A stretch of DNA of 64,000 nucleotides, taken from positions 124,001-188,000 of the forward strand of contig MEDY01000009.1 of assembly GCA_001724265.1 (NCBI GenBank), written 5' to 3'. Origin of the DNA: Rhizaria sp. SCN 62-66. Lineage: Eukaryota. The position numbers were made by a program, and so were the translations under genes. Under the pieces are notes generated by a model. It was not told the DNA's origin, ran no database searches, and saw nothing but the letters and a program-made list of their open reading frames with translations. Shown here piece by piece: positions 37,167 to 47,693 of this stretch. The number at the start of each line of letters is the position of its first letter. The stretch's first letter is position 1.

Positions 37167-37623
37167 TCGAGTCTGACTCGTGGTTACGCTCGGGATCAGC
37201 CTCGCCCGCGGGCGCGAACACACGCGCGTGGCTGATGGAGTCATCCGTCATCGGTTGTGCGTCGTCGGAGCCTTCGGTGGCACTGGCTGCAGTCAAACTG
37301 GACTCGCTCTCGCAAACGAGGGCGCCGGCTGGGATGACCGTGGGCAGCGCCGGCTCGGGACCGAAAAAGAACTCCGGTTCGGGCACGTCGTAGCTGTACT
37401 CGGCGTACTCGTCAGCGTAGGCGTCGGCATGCGCGGCGCCGCGGACGCCCATGGCGGTGAGCGCGGCGCAGAGGCCCTCGGAGGGCAGCGAGGCCAGCGT
37501 GCCCTGCAGGCTGCTGTGGAGACGGCTGGCGGCCACAGTGAACCCGCGGGCGAGGGACATGCCAGCGGGGCCCTCCAACAGGCTCTCGATGCACACGTCA
37601 TGTGCAAGGAGATCGAGACTCAT
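13867..37623 (-). CDS. Giant single-exon 7918-aa nuclear-type protein; putative TFIIIC B-block-binding subunit (GTF3C1/Tfc3-like) with C-terminal AT-hook
   Basis: 23.8-kb stop-free ORF (coding status very likely). The N-terminus LLAHDVCIESLLEGPAGMSL resembles the GTF3C1 start. ELTPATLLVSAAAAARIVFLGVTS...SLDAAQVSRMLIHLDETALAVKL...LVRF (~34330-34750) resembles the B-block winged-helix domain. It also has an AT-hook KRGRGRPSK, Lys-rich NLS-like runs and acidic tracts. The identity is by-eye and only moderately certain. Confidence 0.6.
14917..14943 (-). other. AT-hook motif (KRGRGRPSK) in the giant protein
   Basis: Matches the R-G-R-P core flanked by K/R typical of AT-hooks. Confidence 0.8.
37124..37165 (-). 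repeat. (GAC/GAT)n trinucleotide run encoding poly-Asp
   Basis: tcgtcgtcgtcatcgtcgtcg... on the + strand; DDDDDDDDDDDDD in the translation. Confidence 0.85.
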
Positions 37624-38276
37624 TGTCAGCGGAGTTCGCGCGCAAGAGAAGCGAGCGTCGAGGCGTCAAGCCAAATCTCAGAGTTAAGTCGGGGAAGGTA
37701 CCTTTTCAAATGCGTATGTGGCGGGAAAGCTACAGAAAAGTAAAATAAGCGGCACGACTCTACTGGTATGAGTAATGGTTGGAAATTTATCGACCCATGT
37801 GCGGTCTAAGATCGTTCAAGAGGTTCGGGTGGCCTGCGTCTACCAGTCAGATCTGCGAAGCACGCAACCCAAACGCGTAGACATCAAATGTTAATATCTA
37901 GACATCGAATTAAAAGAAATACTTCTCCAATTAGAAATATATACTGAGCACCCAAAAACAAGCCAGATAACGATCAAACACGGGCACCCGTAGCATAACT
38001 GTCGAAGCGCCTGACCGCAAAGCTGTGCCGAGTCCACCTGCAGCCGCCACCCGTTGTTGGTCAGCAACTCTTCGCTACCAGCATTTGAAGTTAAAATATC
38101 ACACAAATCGTCAGAGTGTAGGCCAGCTCCAAAGTATAATAGCACAACATATGTGATTTGTTTAAATACGTGGTTTATTAACTTATTGTATCAAATAGCA
38201 ATTGACTAAACTTCACCTGGCCATCGACCTCACTGCACCGTAAGCTTAATGTGTTTACAAACAGGCCGCTAGCACT

Positions 38277-41200
38277 TCAAGTCGCGGCCGCAACGGGGGT
38301 CTCAGCAACAGCGTCATCGTCATCGCCACCCGCGTCGTCGATCTCGCCCTCGGCCTCCTCCTCCTCCTCCTCCTCAGTCTTGGCGCCGCGACGAGTGCTG
38401 CTCACCTTGCTCTTGTCGCTGCCGAAGCGCAGCACCTTGGTCTTGGCGGCCTGATCCTGCTGCCGCTTGCCGCGGAACGACACCTTGCCCAGCCGCTTGC
38501 TCACATCGGCGGGCGCAAACGCCTGTCCCATCGCCACCACGGCCTCCCAGTCGTCTTTGATCATCCCCATCTCGTCCTCCAGCTCGGCGCCCAAGTCGCT
38601 CTGCGCGGCGGCGAGCGCCTTCTTGTCGCCGCCCTCCTCGGCGCGCCGCAGCTTGGCCGCCGCGATGGCGCGCACGGCCGGCAGGTGGTACAGCGCAAGC
38701 GAGCGCTGCGACGCGGGCGCCTCGGCCGACATGAGCGCCTTGATCTGGCCCAACAGGCGGTAGTTCTTGCCCGTGGTGGAGAGCTTGCTCAGATACGACG
38801 GGAAGAAGATGCGCCCGTTGAGCCCGCCGCAGGTGAGGTACGCGGGCAGCACGGTCGACACAACGCCGTGCGCGGGCATCAGCGAGAAGTTCTGCTCGGA
38901 CATGAGCGCCTCTGAGATGATGTCGCCGTCACTAATGGCGTCCGCCGCGGCCGCGTAGTACTCGAGCGCCGCCGTCTCGTTGCTGCCGCGGTTGCGCTGC
39001 ACCACAGCGGGGTCAAGCACGGGCGTCGCGTTGAGGTAGTTGTCCTGCACCATGAGCGGCAGGATGTCGTTGGCGATGAAATAGCGGTTGATGCGCTCGC
39101 TGACCCAGTCCGCGCCTTCGGGCCGCCGGAAGAGGCTCGGCGCAACGTCGAACGGACCCGACTCGAAGTCCTTCTGGTTCGCCAGGGACATGCGCTTCGC
39201 ATCGTCAAATGTCACAGTCGAGCCGCCGCTGTTGCCGTCGCGGTCGGCCATTGTGGTGGACCACATCTGCAGAGACGTAATCGCCTGTAGATATAAACAA
39301 AAAACAGTAAATAGTAGAATCATTGATAACGATTTCAAGATAAGATAAAAATTGAAATACTATACATCAAGCAAGAAAACGAATACAAAAGCACACGTCA
39401 ATAACACACTCAAATTGCCGAGATACATCTTTGTTATTACGACATGTAGCGTACCTGGCGGATGTCTGCGTGGACATTCTCGATGAGCTTGCCCATGGCG
39501 GGCACGTCGATGGCCAGTTTCTCCTGCTTCGCGATGGCCATGAGGCGCGGCGTGAGCTGCTGCACCGTGGGGCGGCGCCACGTGAGGTTCAGGCAGTGGT
39601 TCTTGAGCGCGCGGATCTTCGTGCTGCCGGCGTCGTTGCAGATGCAGATGATGGGAACCTTGCTCTCGTGGATGCACTTAATGAGCTGCGCGATGCCGCC
39701 GCGGTCGCCCGCGCCCACGCCGTCGACCTCGTCCATCACGATCACGTTCGGCACTGGCGCGCGCGTCGTGGCCTCAGGCTTGCGGCCCATCATGTTGAGC
39801 GCGTTGGCGGCCGCCGAGTTACCGCTGACCGCGGCCGCCGCGGTCGCCGCGTCCGCTGGCGAGCCGGAATAGGAGATGAAGAACTCGCTCAGCCCGCGGT
39901 TGCCGATGATGGTGCCGATCTCCTCCTCGATGCTCGCCTTGTTGCGCACGTCGGAGGCGTTGAACTCGATCACGCCGTAGCCCGCGGCGACCGCGCACAG
40001 CGCCGCGGCCGTCGACTTGCCGATGCCAGGCGGGCCCGCCAGCAAGATCGCCTTCTTGGGCGCGTCCTTGTTGGCGCCGCGCTTGCCCGCGCCCGCCGAC
40101 GCCGCGCCCGCGCCGCGGTGGTTCTTGTTCCAGTCCTTGAGGAAGTTGATGATCTCGGTCGCGTTGCCCGTATTGCCGACCATGTCGGCCACCACGCGCG
40201 GCTTGTACACGTCCACCCACAAGGCCGTCGGCTCCGCGGCGGCGCGCGCGGCCGCGATCGACTGCGCCAGCGGGTCCAGCTTCGCGCTCGCCCCCGCGGC
40301 GGCGGGCGTCGCGGCAGTCGCGGCGGGGGTCGCCTTCTTCTTGTACAGGGAGCCGGCGGACGGCGCGGCGCTCGGCGCGGCGGCAGGCGCAGCGGGTGTC
40401 GACGGAGTCGGGGTAGCCGCCGCACCAGCAGCAGCAGGCGCGGCCGCAGCAGCGGCAGCGGGGGTAGCGGGGGCAGCGGAGACAGCGGCTGCGGGGGCGG
40501 CAGCGTCAGCGATGGAGGCGCCGCTAGCGTCGTTGAGCCCCGGCGAGCGGCTCTTGATGATCTCAAAGAGCCCGTCCTCGTCGATCACCGTGACGCCCTT
40601 GGCCTCGGCGGCGGCCTTCTTGCTGGCGCCGGCGTCAAGCCCCATGACCAGGTAGTCTGTCTTGCCCGACACCGAGCCCGTGATCTTGCCGCCAAGCGAC
40701 TTCACTAAATCCTCGGCGTCCTCGCGCTCCAGCGAGTCGAGGATGCCCGTGATCACAATCGTCAGCGGGTGAGGGTTCCCGCGCCCCGCACCCACCTTGG
40801 CGCGCGTCGCGGCGCCGCCGCCGCCGTAGGCCAGGCAGTTGGGCGCGCCGCGCGGGGTCGCCTTCGAGCCCTTATTGGCGGGGGCCGCGCGCGGCGCCCC
40901 TGTGATCCAGCGCGGCACCACGCGCGCCGGTTTCGCGCCGTCAGCTCCCGCAGTGCCGACTTTGCTGCCGACGACGGGGGCGTCGGGTGATGCCGCGACC
41001 CTGGCGGGCGACGGCGCCGGGGCCTTGCCAGGCGACGACACAGACGAAGGGGCCGCGGGGGGGGCGACCGCGGCGGCGGGGGCGGCGGGCTTCTTGACGG
41101 GTGTGGCAATAGCGACGTCGGCGCCACCGGCCTCGTCGTCGTCGTCGTCCGCGAGGTGGCGAGACTTCTTGGCCGCGGGCGCCTTGGCTGGGGCGGACTT

Positions 41201-41680
41201 CGCGGGGGCCTTCTTGGCGGCTCCCTTAACAGCCTTGTTCTTGCCCTTCTTGCTACTGGCGGAGTCGTCGTCGGACGCGCTGAAGTCGCTGTCGCTGCTA
41301 CTGCTGCTGTCGCTGCTGCTACTGCTGCTGCTGCTGCTGCTGCTGCTGTCCGAGAGAGAGTAAGCGTCATCGTCGTCGTCGCCACCCTTCTTCTTCTTAG
41401 GCGTCGCCTTCTTGGCGGGGGCTTTCTTCGCGGGGGACTTGGGCTTTGCGGGGGACGCAGCCTTCTCGGCGGCCTTCGCTGCAGGCTTGGAGGGAGACTT
41501 CTGGGTGAGGTCCACAGTGGCAGCGGCAGCGGCGGCAGGCTTCGCGGGGGACGCAGGGGTGGCAGCGGCCGGCTTGGGGGCGTCGAGGGTAGCGTTCGTC
41601 GAGGTGGCAGCAGGAGCGGCAGTGGATGTGGGAGTGGGCGCCTTGGCGGCTCCCGCAGCAAAAAACTTGCGGATGTCCAT
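38277..41680 (-). CDS. RFC1: Replication factor C subunit 1 (large clamp-loader subunit), 2 exons (41680-39455, 39284-38277), ~1077 aa
   Basis: N-terminal MDIRKFF; BRCT (IVITGILDSLEREDAEDLVKSLGGKITGSVSGKTDYLVMG); LWVDVYKP; Walker A GPPGIGKS; EFNASDVR; Walker B IVMDEVDG; ICICND; spliced DIRQ|AITSLQMW; C-terminal RFC1 domain (LPLMVQDNYL, AADAISDGD, FPSYLSKLS). Confidence 0.96.
39285..39454 (-). other. Spliceosomal intron in RFC1, 170 nt, phase 0
   Basis: CAG|GTACGC donor, AT-rich body, TTTTTGTTTATATCTACAG acceptor; restores the conserved DIRQxxxxLxxW motif. Confidence 0.92.
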
Positions 41681-42088
41681 CTCAGAGACGGAGACGCACG
41701 TTTCCTCGCGTAATGTGGTGCTTGAGCGAGGTCGGTGCGCTGTAAAAGTTTGAAGAAGATATCAAAGGGGAATTTCGTTAGATTATACAGTGATATTCTA
41801 CGTATAGTGGCACCACGCAGTGATACCTCGTACTATTCATAAATAACTGGCATCAACAGTGAATCTATGACGTGAACTTGTCTGCAAGAGACGACGTCAA
41901 GCGCGCCAAACTCTAGCCACGACCGTGTCTTGCTTCGGCTGCTTCCAAAGTCCAACTGTGATGAAATGTATCTCGACTCTGCATCGTCTGTCACGCGAGG
42001 CAGCTCTATGACGGTCTGCTCTCACGTTAAAGTTTTCTTTTTTCTTTTTCTTTCTCTCCTGCTCCTCGGCTGCTGTCCCGCTCAAGGC
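41681..42088. promoter_or_regulatory. Compact divergent (probably bidirectional) promoter region between RFC1 and PTH2
   Basis: Only 408 nt separate the two head-to-head ATGs; AT-rich core. Inferred from gene layout, no specific element identified. Confidence 0.5.
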
Positions 42089-43075
42089 ATGTCCGACAAC
42101 CCCACGCCTCCTCAAAAGAACGAGGTTGCGGCCGCCCCCGTCCCGGAGGCCACCGCCGCGACCGCGACCGCGTCTGTCGACGCGCCCGCCGCGCCGGCCG
42201 CGAACCTGGACAGCCAGCGCGCTCCGCGCGGCGCGGGCAAGAAGGCCGCGAAGGCGCCCAAGACCGCTGCCGAGATCGACCTCGACTTCCGCAAGGAGCT
42301 CATCAGCGGCGTCGCCACGGTCCTCGAGGGCGACTTCTGTCCGCAGAAGATGGTGCTCGTCGTCCGCACGGATCTGCCGATGAGCACGGGGAAGAAGCTT
42401 GCGCAGGCGAGCCACGCGGCCGTGGGCGCCGTCACGCGCGCGATGGGCCTCGACAGCGACGACGAAGGCGACGACAGCGTCTACGGCACGGGGGCCCGCG
42501 GCGAGGGAGAGTGTAGCGACGACGACTTCCCCGAGCGCCTCATGGAGAGCGACGGGGACGAGGACGAGGACGAAGACAGTGCAAGCAAGGGCGAGGGCGA
42601 GGGCAAGTGCAAGGCCGACGACAGCAACAATAAGGACGCCGCAGCCGCTGCCTCTGCTGGAACTGGCGCCGCTGATGCGACGTGCCCTGCCGCCGCCGCT
42701 GCTGCCGGCCCCGGTGCCAAGCCCGCTGCGACTGGGGACGCGAAGCCCGAGGCCGAGACCAAGCCCGCGGAGCCCCCGCTGAGCGCGGCCGACGCGGCGC
42801 TGCGCGACTCGCTGGCGGGGCGGCTGACGGCAGAGGACCGCAAGATGTTCGTGGACCACTGGCGGCGCACGGGCGCGAAAAAGATCGCCGTCAAGGGTCA
42901 GTGGGCCGACGTGCTCAAGGCGGCGAAGCAGGCGAAGAAGTGGGGCGTGACCTACTACCTGGTCTACGACGCGGGCCACACGCAGCTCGACCCCGGAACC
43001 GCGACCGTGCTCGCCGTGGGGCCCGCGCCCGAGAAGATCGTCAACCTGCTCACGGGGCACCTGGGGCTCTTCTGA
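42089..43075 (+). CDS. PTH2: Peptidyl-tRNA hydrolase type 2 (PTH2 family), 328 aa, with a long acidic/Ala-rich internal insertion
   Basis: KMVLVVRTDLPMSTGKKLAQASHAAVG, WRRTGAKKIAVK and VYDAGHTQLDPGTATVLAVGPAP...LTGHLGLF are hallmark PTH2 motifs. ATG at 42089 marks the start of GC-rich sequence. Confidence 0.93.
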   Translation: MSDNPTPPQKNEVAAAPVPEATAATATASVDAPAAPAANLDSQRAPRGAGKKAAKAPKTAAEIDLDFRKELISGVATVLEGDFCPQKMVLVVRTDLPMSTGKKLAQASHAAVGAVTRAMGLDSDDEGDDSVYGTGARGEGECSDDDFPERLMESDGDEDEDEDSASKGEGEGKCKADDSNNKDAAAAASAGTGAADATCPAAAAAAGPGAKPAATGDAKPEAETKPAEPPLSAADAALRDSLAGRLTAEDRKMFVDHWRRTGAKKIAVKGQWADVLKAAKQAKKWGVTYYLVYDAGHTQLDPGTATVLAVGPAPEKIVNLLTGHLGLF

Positions 43076-43647
43076 GGGCGGGGCGGCCGCCGCCGGGCGA
43101 GCGAGCGAGCGGGCTGTCGTGGAAAGACGTCAGAGTCAGCACGCGTTATTATTGGTGGATAGAACGAACTTTATAGAATCGATACATAGTCATTTCTTCA
43201 CGAAACCGATTTCTTCTAAGTGTTCAATGAAGCATAGGATACGTTTGCAAGCAACTGAAAAGATCTTGTGGTGTATATCTTGGTGCTGCGGAACGGAACC
43301 TGCAGCGCGTCGCCAAACCTCGTCTCAATCCGCAAGATCCGACCAGTTCATCAAAAGACTATGTACTCGATGCAAACGATTTGCCTCGTAGTATAATTAA
43401 GTGATTTAGTGTACCTCCGTATATTTGATATTGTCCTTTTGTAACACCCCCTTCTGACGTTCATATCGCGTAGGTATTACTGATACATTTTACGATGATG
43501 AGGTTGATGTGTGCGAGCATATCACTGCATCCTCTGCGCCTACACCTCTGTGATTCGCAACAAACAGCGGCCATCAAACCATCACTCACGCGTGTATACT
43601 GCTTCTCTTTTTTTTTTTGCAATCTCGCTGTACAGCTTGGGTCAACG

Positions 43648-46600
43648 ATGTGCAACCACACTGCCGACACCCAGACGTCCTCGGTGGGCAAGACTGCTCG
43701 CGCCCCGTTCGAGCGCCTGCCCACGACGGTGGTGCCGACCAACTACTCGTTGCACCTTATGCCCGACCTGGGCCACTTCCTCGTCGATGGCGTCGTTGAT
43801 ATTGCGCTCTCTGTTCGCGCGCCCGACGTCACGGTGCTCAAGCTCAACGCCGCCGAGCTGGCCGTGCACTCGGCCGTGCTGCGCGTGTCCTCCGCCGCGG
43901 GCGTCGTCGCCGCCGTCTCGATCGAGACCAACGAGGAGACCCAGCTGCTCACGCTCACCTTCCCCTCGGCGCTGCCGCTGACCACGGGTCCCGACGCGCC
44001 CAAGGTGACGCTGTCGATCGCCTACACGGGCTACATCAACGACAAGCTCTGTGGTCTGTACCGCTCCTCCTACACCGCCGCGGACGGCTCGCAGCAGGTC
44101 ATGGCATGCTCGCAGTTCGAGGCCGTTGACGCGCGCCGCTGCCTGCCCTGCTGGGATGAGCCCGCCGTCAAGGCCACGTTTGACGTCACGATCACGGCCC
44201 CCAAGCATCTCACCCCTGTGTCCAACATGCCCGTCGTCGAGTCTGTGCCCTTCGCGTTCGCCGCTGACAAGGACGCTGCTGCCGCCGCCGTGGCCGCGGG
44301 CGCCGACGTGTGGGAGACCAACGCGAGCTCTCCCGCCACCACGGCCTTCTTCGCAGCCCGCTTCCCCGGCGTCGCCATCGACTACTCCCCTAAGCAGAGC
44401 GCTAAGAAGGACGGCAGCGAGCCCGTCATCCGCACCGCGCGCTGCGACAACCCCGCGCTGCTGTCCGCCGTTGTCGCCGGCGACGCCGCCGCCGCGGCTA
44501 CCGCGCGCGGCTTTAACGGCAGCGTGGCTGCCAACAGCGAGCTGGTCACGTCTCGCTTCTCGCGCTCCCCAATCATGTCGACGTACCTGCTCACCTTTGT
44601 GCTCGGCGAGTTCGACGTGCTCGAGCGCGAGGTTGCCTCTGCCGCGGTCGAGGCCGACCCCGAGGAGCCCGGCACCACGCACTTCTCGGCGTCGACCGTC
44701 ATGGTCCGCGTTCTCACCATGCCCGGCACCGGACCCCAGGTACGCTCACGATCTTTTCATCTTTTCATGCCATATCATCATGTCATATCTTCAATGTTAT
44801 CGAAAGCTCACTAAATCTGAGTTGGGTGTGTTTATTCGTGCTGTAACGTGTGTTTACTTAATCTCTGTTCTCACGTGTGTTTCTATGTTTTTGTGCGTTA
44901 TTTCAGGGCGAGTACGCGCTGGACATCGCGGCCAAGTCGCTCACGCTGTTCGAGAAGTGGTTCGGCATCCCCTTCCCGCTGCCCAAGATCGACTGCGTGG
45001 CAATCCCCGACTTCCTTGCCGGCGCCATGGAGGGCTTTGGCTGCATTACGTTCCGCGAGACGCTGGTGCTGCTTGACCCCGCGCAGTCGAGCCGCGAGAC
45101 GATGCAGGAGATCGCGCTCACCGTCTCGCACGAGGTCTCGCACCAGTGGTACGTCAACTAACGCCATTTAGCAAAGTTAAATAATGTGAAATAAGCTCAA
45201 TCTTGATATTTTTGTCCTGCCCATGTATATATGTTGTCTTATTTGTATTTACTGATGTATTCACAATGTATCACTCTTTTTTGTTTCTGTTCAGGTTCGG
45301 CAACCTGGTGACGATGGAGTGGTGGAGCCACCTGTGGCTCAACGAGGCCTTCGCGACGTGGGCCAACTACTTCGCCACGGACGCGCTAGAACCCTCGTTC
45401 GAGATCTGGACGCAGTTCCTGCACTCGGACCTGGCGGACGCGCTCTCACTTGACGGACTGGCCTCGTCGCACCCGATCGAGGTCGCCGTGCAGCACCCCG
45501 AGGACATCGACGAGGTATTCGACGCCATCTCGTACTCCAAGGGCTGCGCCGTCATCCGCATGCTCATCCAGTTCCTCGGCGAGGAGCGCTTCCGCAAGGG
45601 CCTGTGCGCGTATCTGCGCAGCAACCTCTACAGCAACGCCAAGAGCGACGACCTGTGGCGCCACCTGGAGGCGGCCTCGGGCGAGCCCGTTGAGCAGCTC
45701 ATGGAGGGCTGGACCAAGCGCGTCGGCTACCCGCTGCTTACGGTCACCGGCACGGGCGCCGACCTCACCGCGAAGCAGACGCGCTTTCTGTCGGACGGGT
45801 CCACCTGCGCCGCCAGCGCCGACACGCTGTGGATTGTGCCCGCGCTCGTCACCGACGTCGCCAGCGGTGCCGAGGCCAAGGCGCTGCTGCGCCAGACCGT
45901 CAGCGCGGTCCCTGTGCCCGCGGGCGCCGCCGCGGAGCCGCTGGTGCTGTTGAACCTTGACCGCGCGGGTTGCTTCCGCGTCAACTACCCCGCGGCGACG
46001 TGGGACCGCATCATCGCCGCGCTCCGCGCCGGCGCGCCCGCGCTCAAGGACAACGTTGCCGCGCGTCTCACGCTTGCGTCCGACGGCTTTGCGCTCGCGC
46101 GCGCGGGCCTGCTGGAGCCCAAGATCTACCTGTCGCTGCTGCTGGCGCTGATGGAGACCGAGGACAGCTACCACGTGTGGTCCGAGCTGAGCTCCAACGT
46201 CGGCAGCCTGCTCGCGGCGCTGCGCCCGCACCCTGCTGCGGCGTCCGCGCTCAAGGCTGCGCTGCGCACGCGCGTCGCTGCCTTCACCAAGCGCACGGCC
46301 TGGGCCGCTGAGGCCGACTCGCTCTGGGGCACGGCGGACGCTGCCGCAGACGGCAGCGACAGCGCGGAGGACGAGGAGGGCGCGCACCTGGTTTCGCTCT
46401 TCCGCCAAGCGCTCGTGTCGGTGATCGAGGACCTCGAGCTGCCATCGGCGGCGGCCGAGGCGACGGCGCGCGTGGCGGCCTTCTTCGCGGGCAAGGGTCA
46501 CGTCGACGCCGACGCTAGCGCGGGCAAGCTGCTCAACCCCGACGTGCGCGGCGCCGCGTTCCGTCTTTCCGCGTCCTCTGGCGGCACTGCGGCGCGCGAG

Positions 46601-47113
46601 GCGTTGTACGCCGCCTTCACCGAGTGCCCGCTGGCCGAAGAGAAGGACCGCCTCGCGGGCGCCTTCGCTGCCGTCCGCAGCGACGCCGACGCCGACGCTG
46701 TGCTTAACACGCTCCTGGCGGGCTTCTCTTCGGCCGCGGGCGCGATCGCCAAGGGCGAGCTGACCGCGCTCAAGCCGGGCGAGCCGCTCGTGCGCTCGCA
46801 GGACGTCGCCTTCGTGCTGCGCCAGTTCGCCGGCAACGCCGCGCAGCTGCCGCGCGCCTGGGCCTTCGTCAAGAAGCACTGGGACTCGGTCATCTACCCC
46901 GAATACAATGGCTCCTCGGCGCTGCGCCACGCCATTGCGCTGGCCAACGGCTTCGCGAGCGACGAGATGGCGCGCGACGTCGAGGCCTTTTTCGCGGCGC
47001 ACCCGCACCGCGGCGCGGAGAAGTTCGTCGAGCAGTGCGCCGAGCGCATCCGCACCAACGCTAAGTTCGGCGACGCGCTCGCCGCCAGCGGTGCGTGCGA
47101 GCTGCTCGAGTAA
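43648..47113 (+). CDS. NPEPPS: M1-family zinc aminopeptidase, puromycin-sensitive aminopeptidase-like, 3 exons (43648-44739, 44907-45148, 45295-47113), ~1050 aa
   Basis: RLPTTVVPTNYSLHL, GLYRSSY, SQFEAVDARRCLPCWDEPAVKATF, SNMP, MSTYL, AGAMEG, spliced [24 protein letters not shown] (HExxH-x18-E), FDAISYSKG and an ERAP1_C-like helical tail. No signal peptide or TM segment, so cytosolic PSA-type; exact orthology not tested. Confidence 0.93.
44740..44906 (+). other. Spliceosomal intron 1 of aminopeptidase, 167 nt, phase 0
   Basis: CAG|GTACGC donor and TTATTTCAG acceptor; gives PGTGPQ|GEYALDIA. Confidence 0.92.
45149..45294 (+). other. Spliceosomal intron 2 of aminopeptidase, 146 nt, phase 2
   Basis: TG|GTACGT donor and TTTCTGTTCAG|G acceptor; restores HQW-FGNLVT. 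Confidence 0.95.
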
Positions 47114-47177
47114 AGAGACAGAAGAGGGCGGGAAGCTATTGGGAATGAAGAACTTGTGACAATTTTAGTGAAGTGCA

Positions 47178-47183
47178 AATAAA
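47178..47183 (+). terminator. Possible polyadenylation signal AATAAA
   Basis: AATAAA about 65 nt after the aminopeptidase stop. Not seen consistently after the other genes, so weak. Confidence 0.25.
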
Positions 47184-47693
47184 GTTGTACTGATGGAAGC
47201 ACGACCATACAAAACTAGACAAATCCATGTGTATACTTCGTGCTCAAGGGTCATTTGATCTCAGCAGCACAAAATATAATGTATGATGTGCATGATGTTT
47301 CATAACTGTGTATTTCATCTGACTAAAAATTGTTGACGTATTCTTATCCAATACTGGCTTGTTTTTCTTGTATCTCCATGAGATTCCGTGATTTAGCAGA
47401 ATACAAGAGAGATTTCTAAGTAGTTTCAAAAAAAGTTCAATATTATATCTAACAATGTGGTTTAATAAGATTAACATTCATTTTAGTTCGTAACTGTGAT
47501 TATATCACAGTCAAAGGTACCAAACAGGCGTTTGAGTGTATTATTTAACGTTCACATTAAGTGTACTGAGCAGCGCATGACAATAGCGTACAGAAACAGG
47601 AGAGTAATACGCACACGCTCACAGTGAGAAAGTGGCTGGAAAGGGAGACAGATCAGTCAAGTTAGTTGCAGCGTTGCTTGAGCTTCGCTTCGC

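Noticed and set aside
13867-37623. Giant ORF as a viral polyprotein, transposon, PKS/NRPS, dynein or VPS13-type protein
   Set aside because: No RT, integrase, protease, helicase, Walker, KS or adenylation motifs, and no terminal repeats seen.
37790-37880. GCGGTCTAAG...GGTTCG resembling tRNA D-loop and T-loop fragments
   Set aside because: Spacing is too short and no acceptor or anticodon stems can be formed.
39431-47008. Antisense ORFs 39431-40708, 41897-43060, 43642-44682, 45446-47008
   Set aside because: Opposite to clearly identified RFC1, PTH2 and aminopeptidase exons; codon-bias artefacts.
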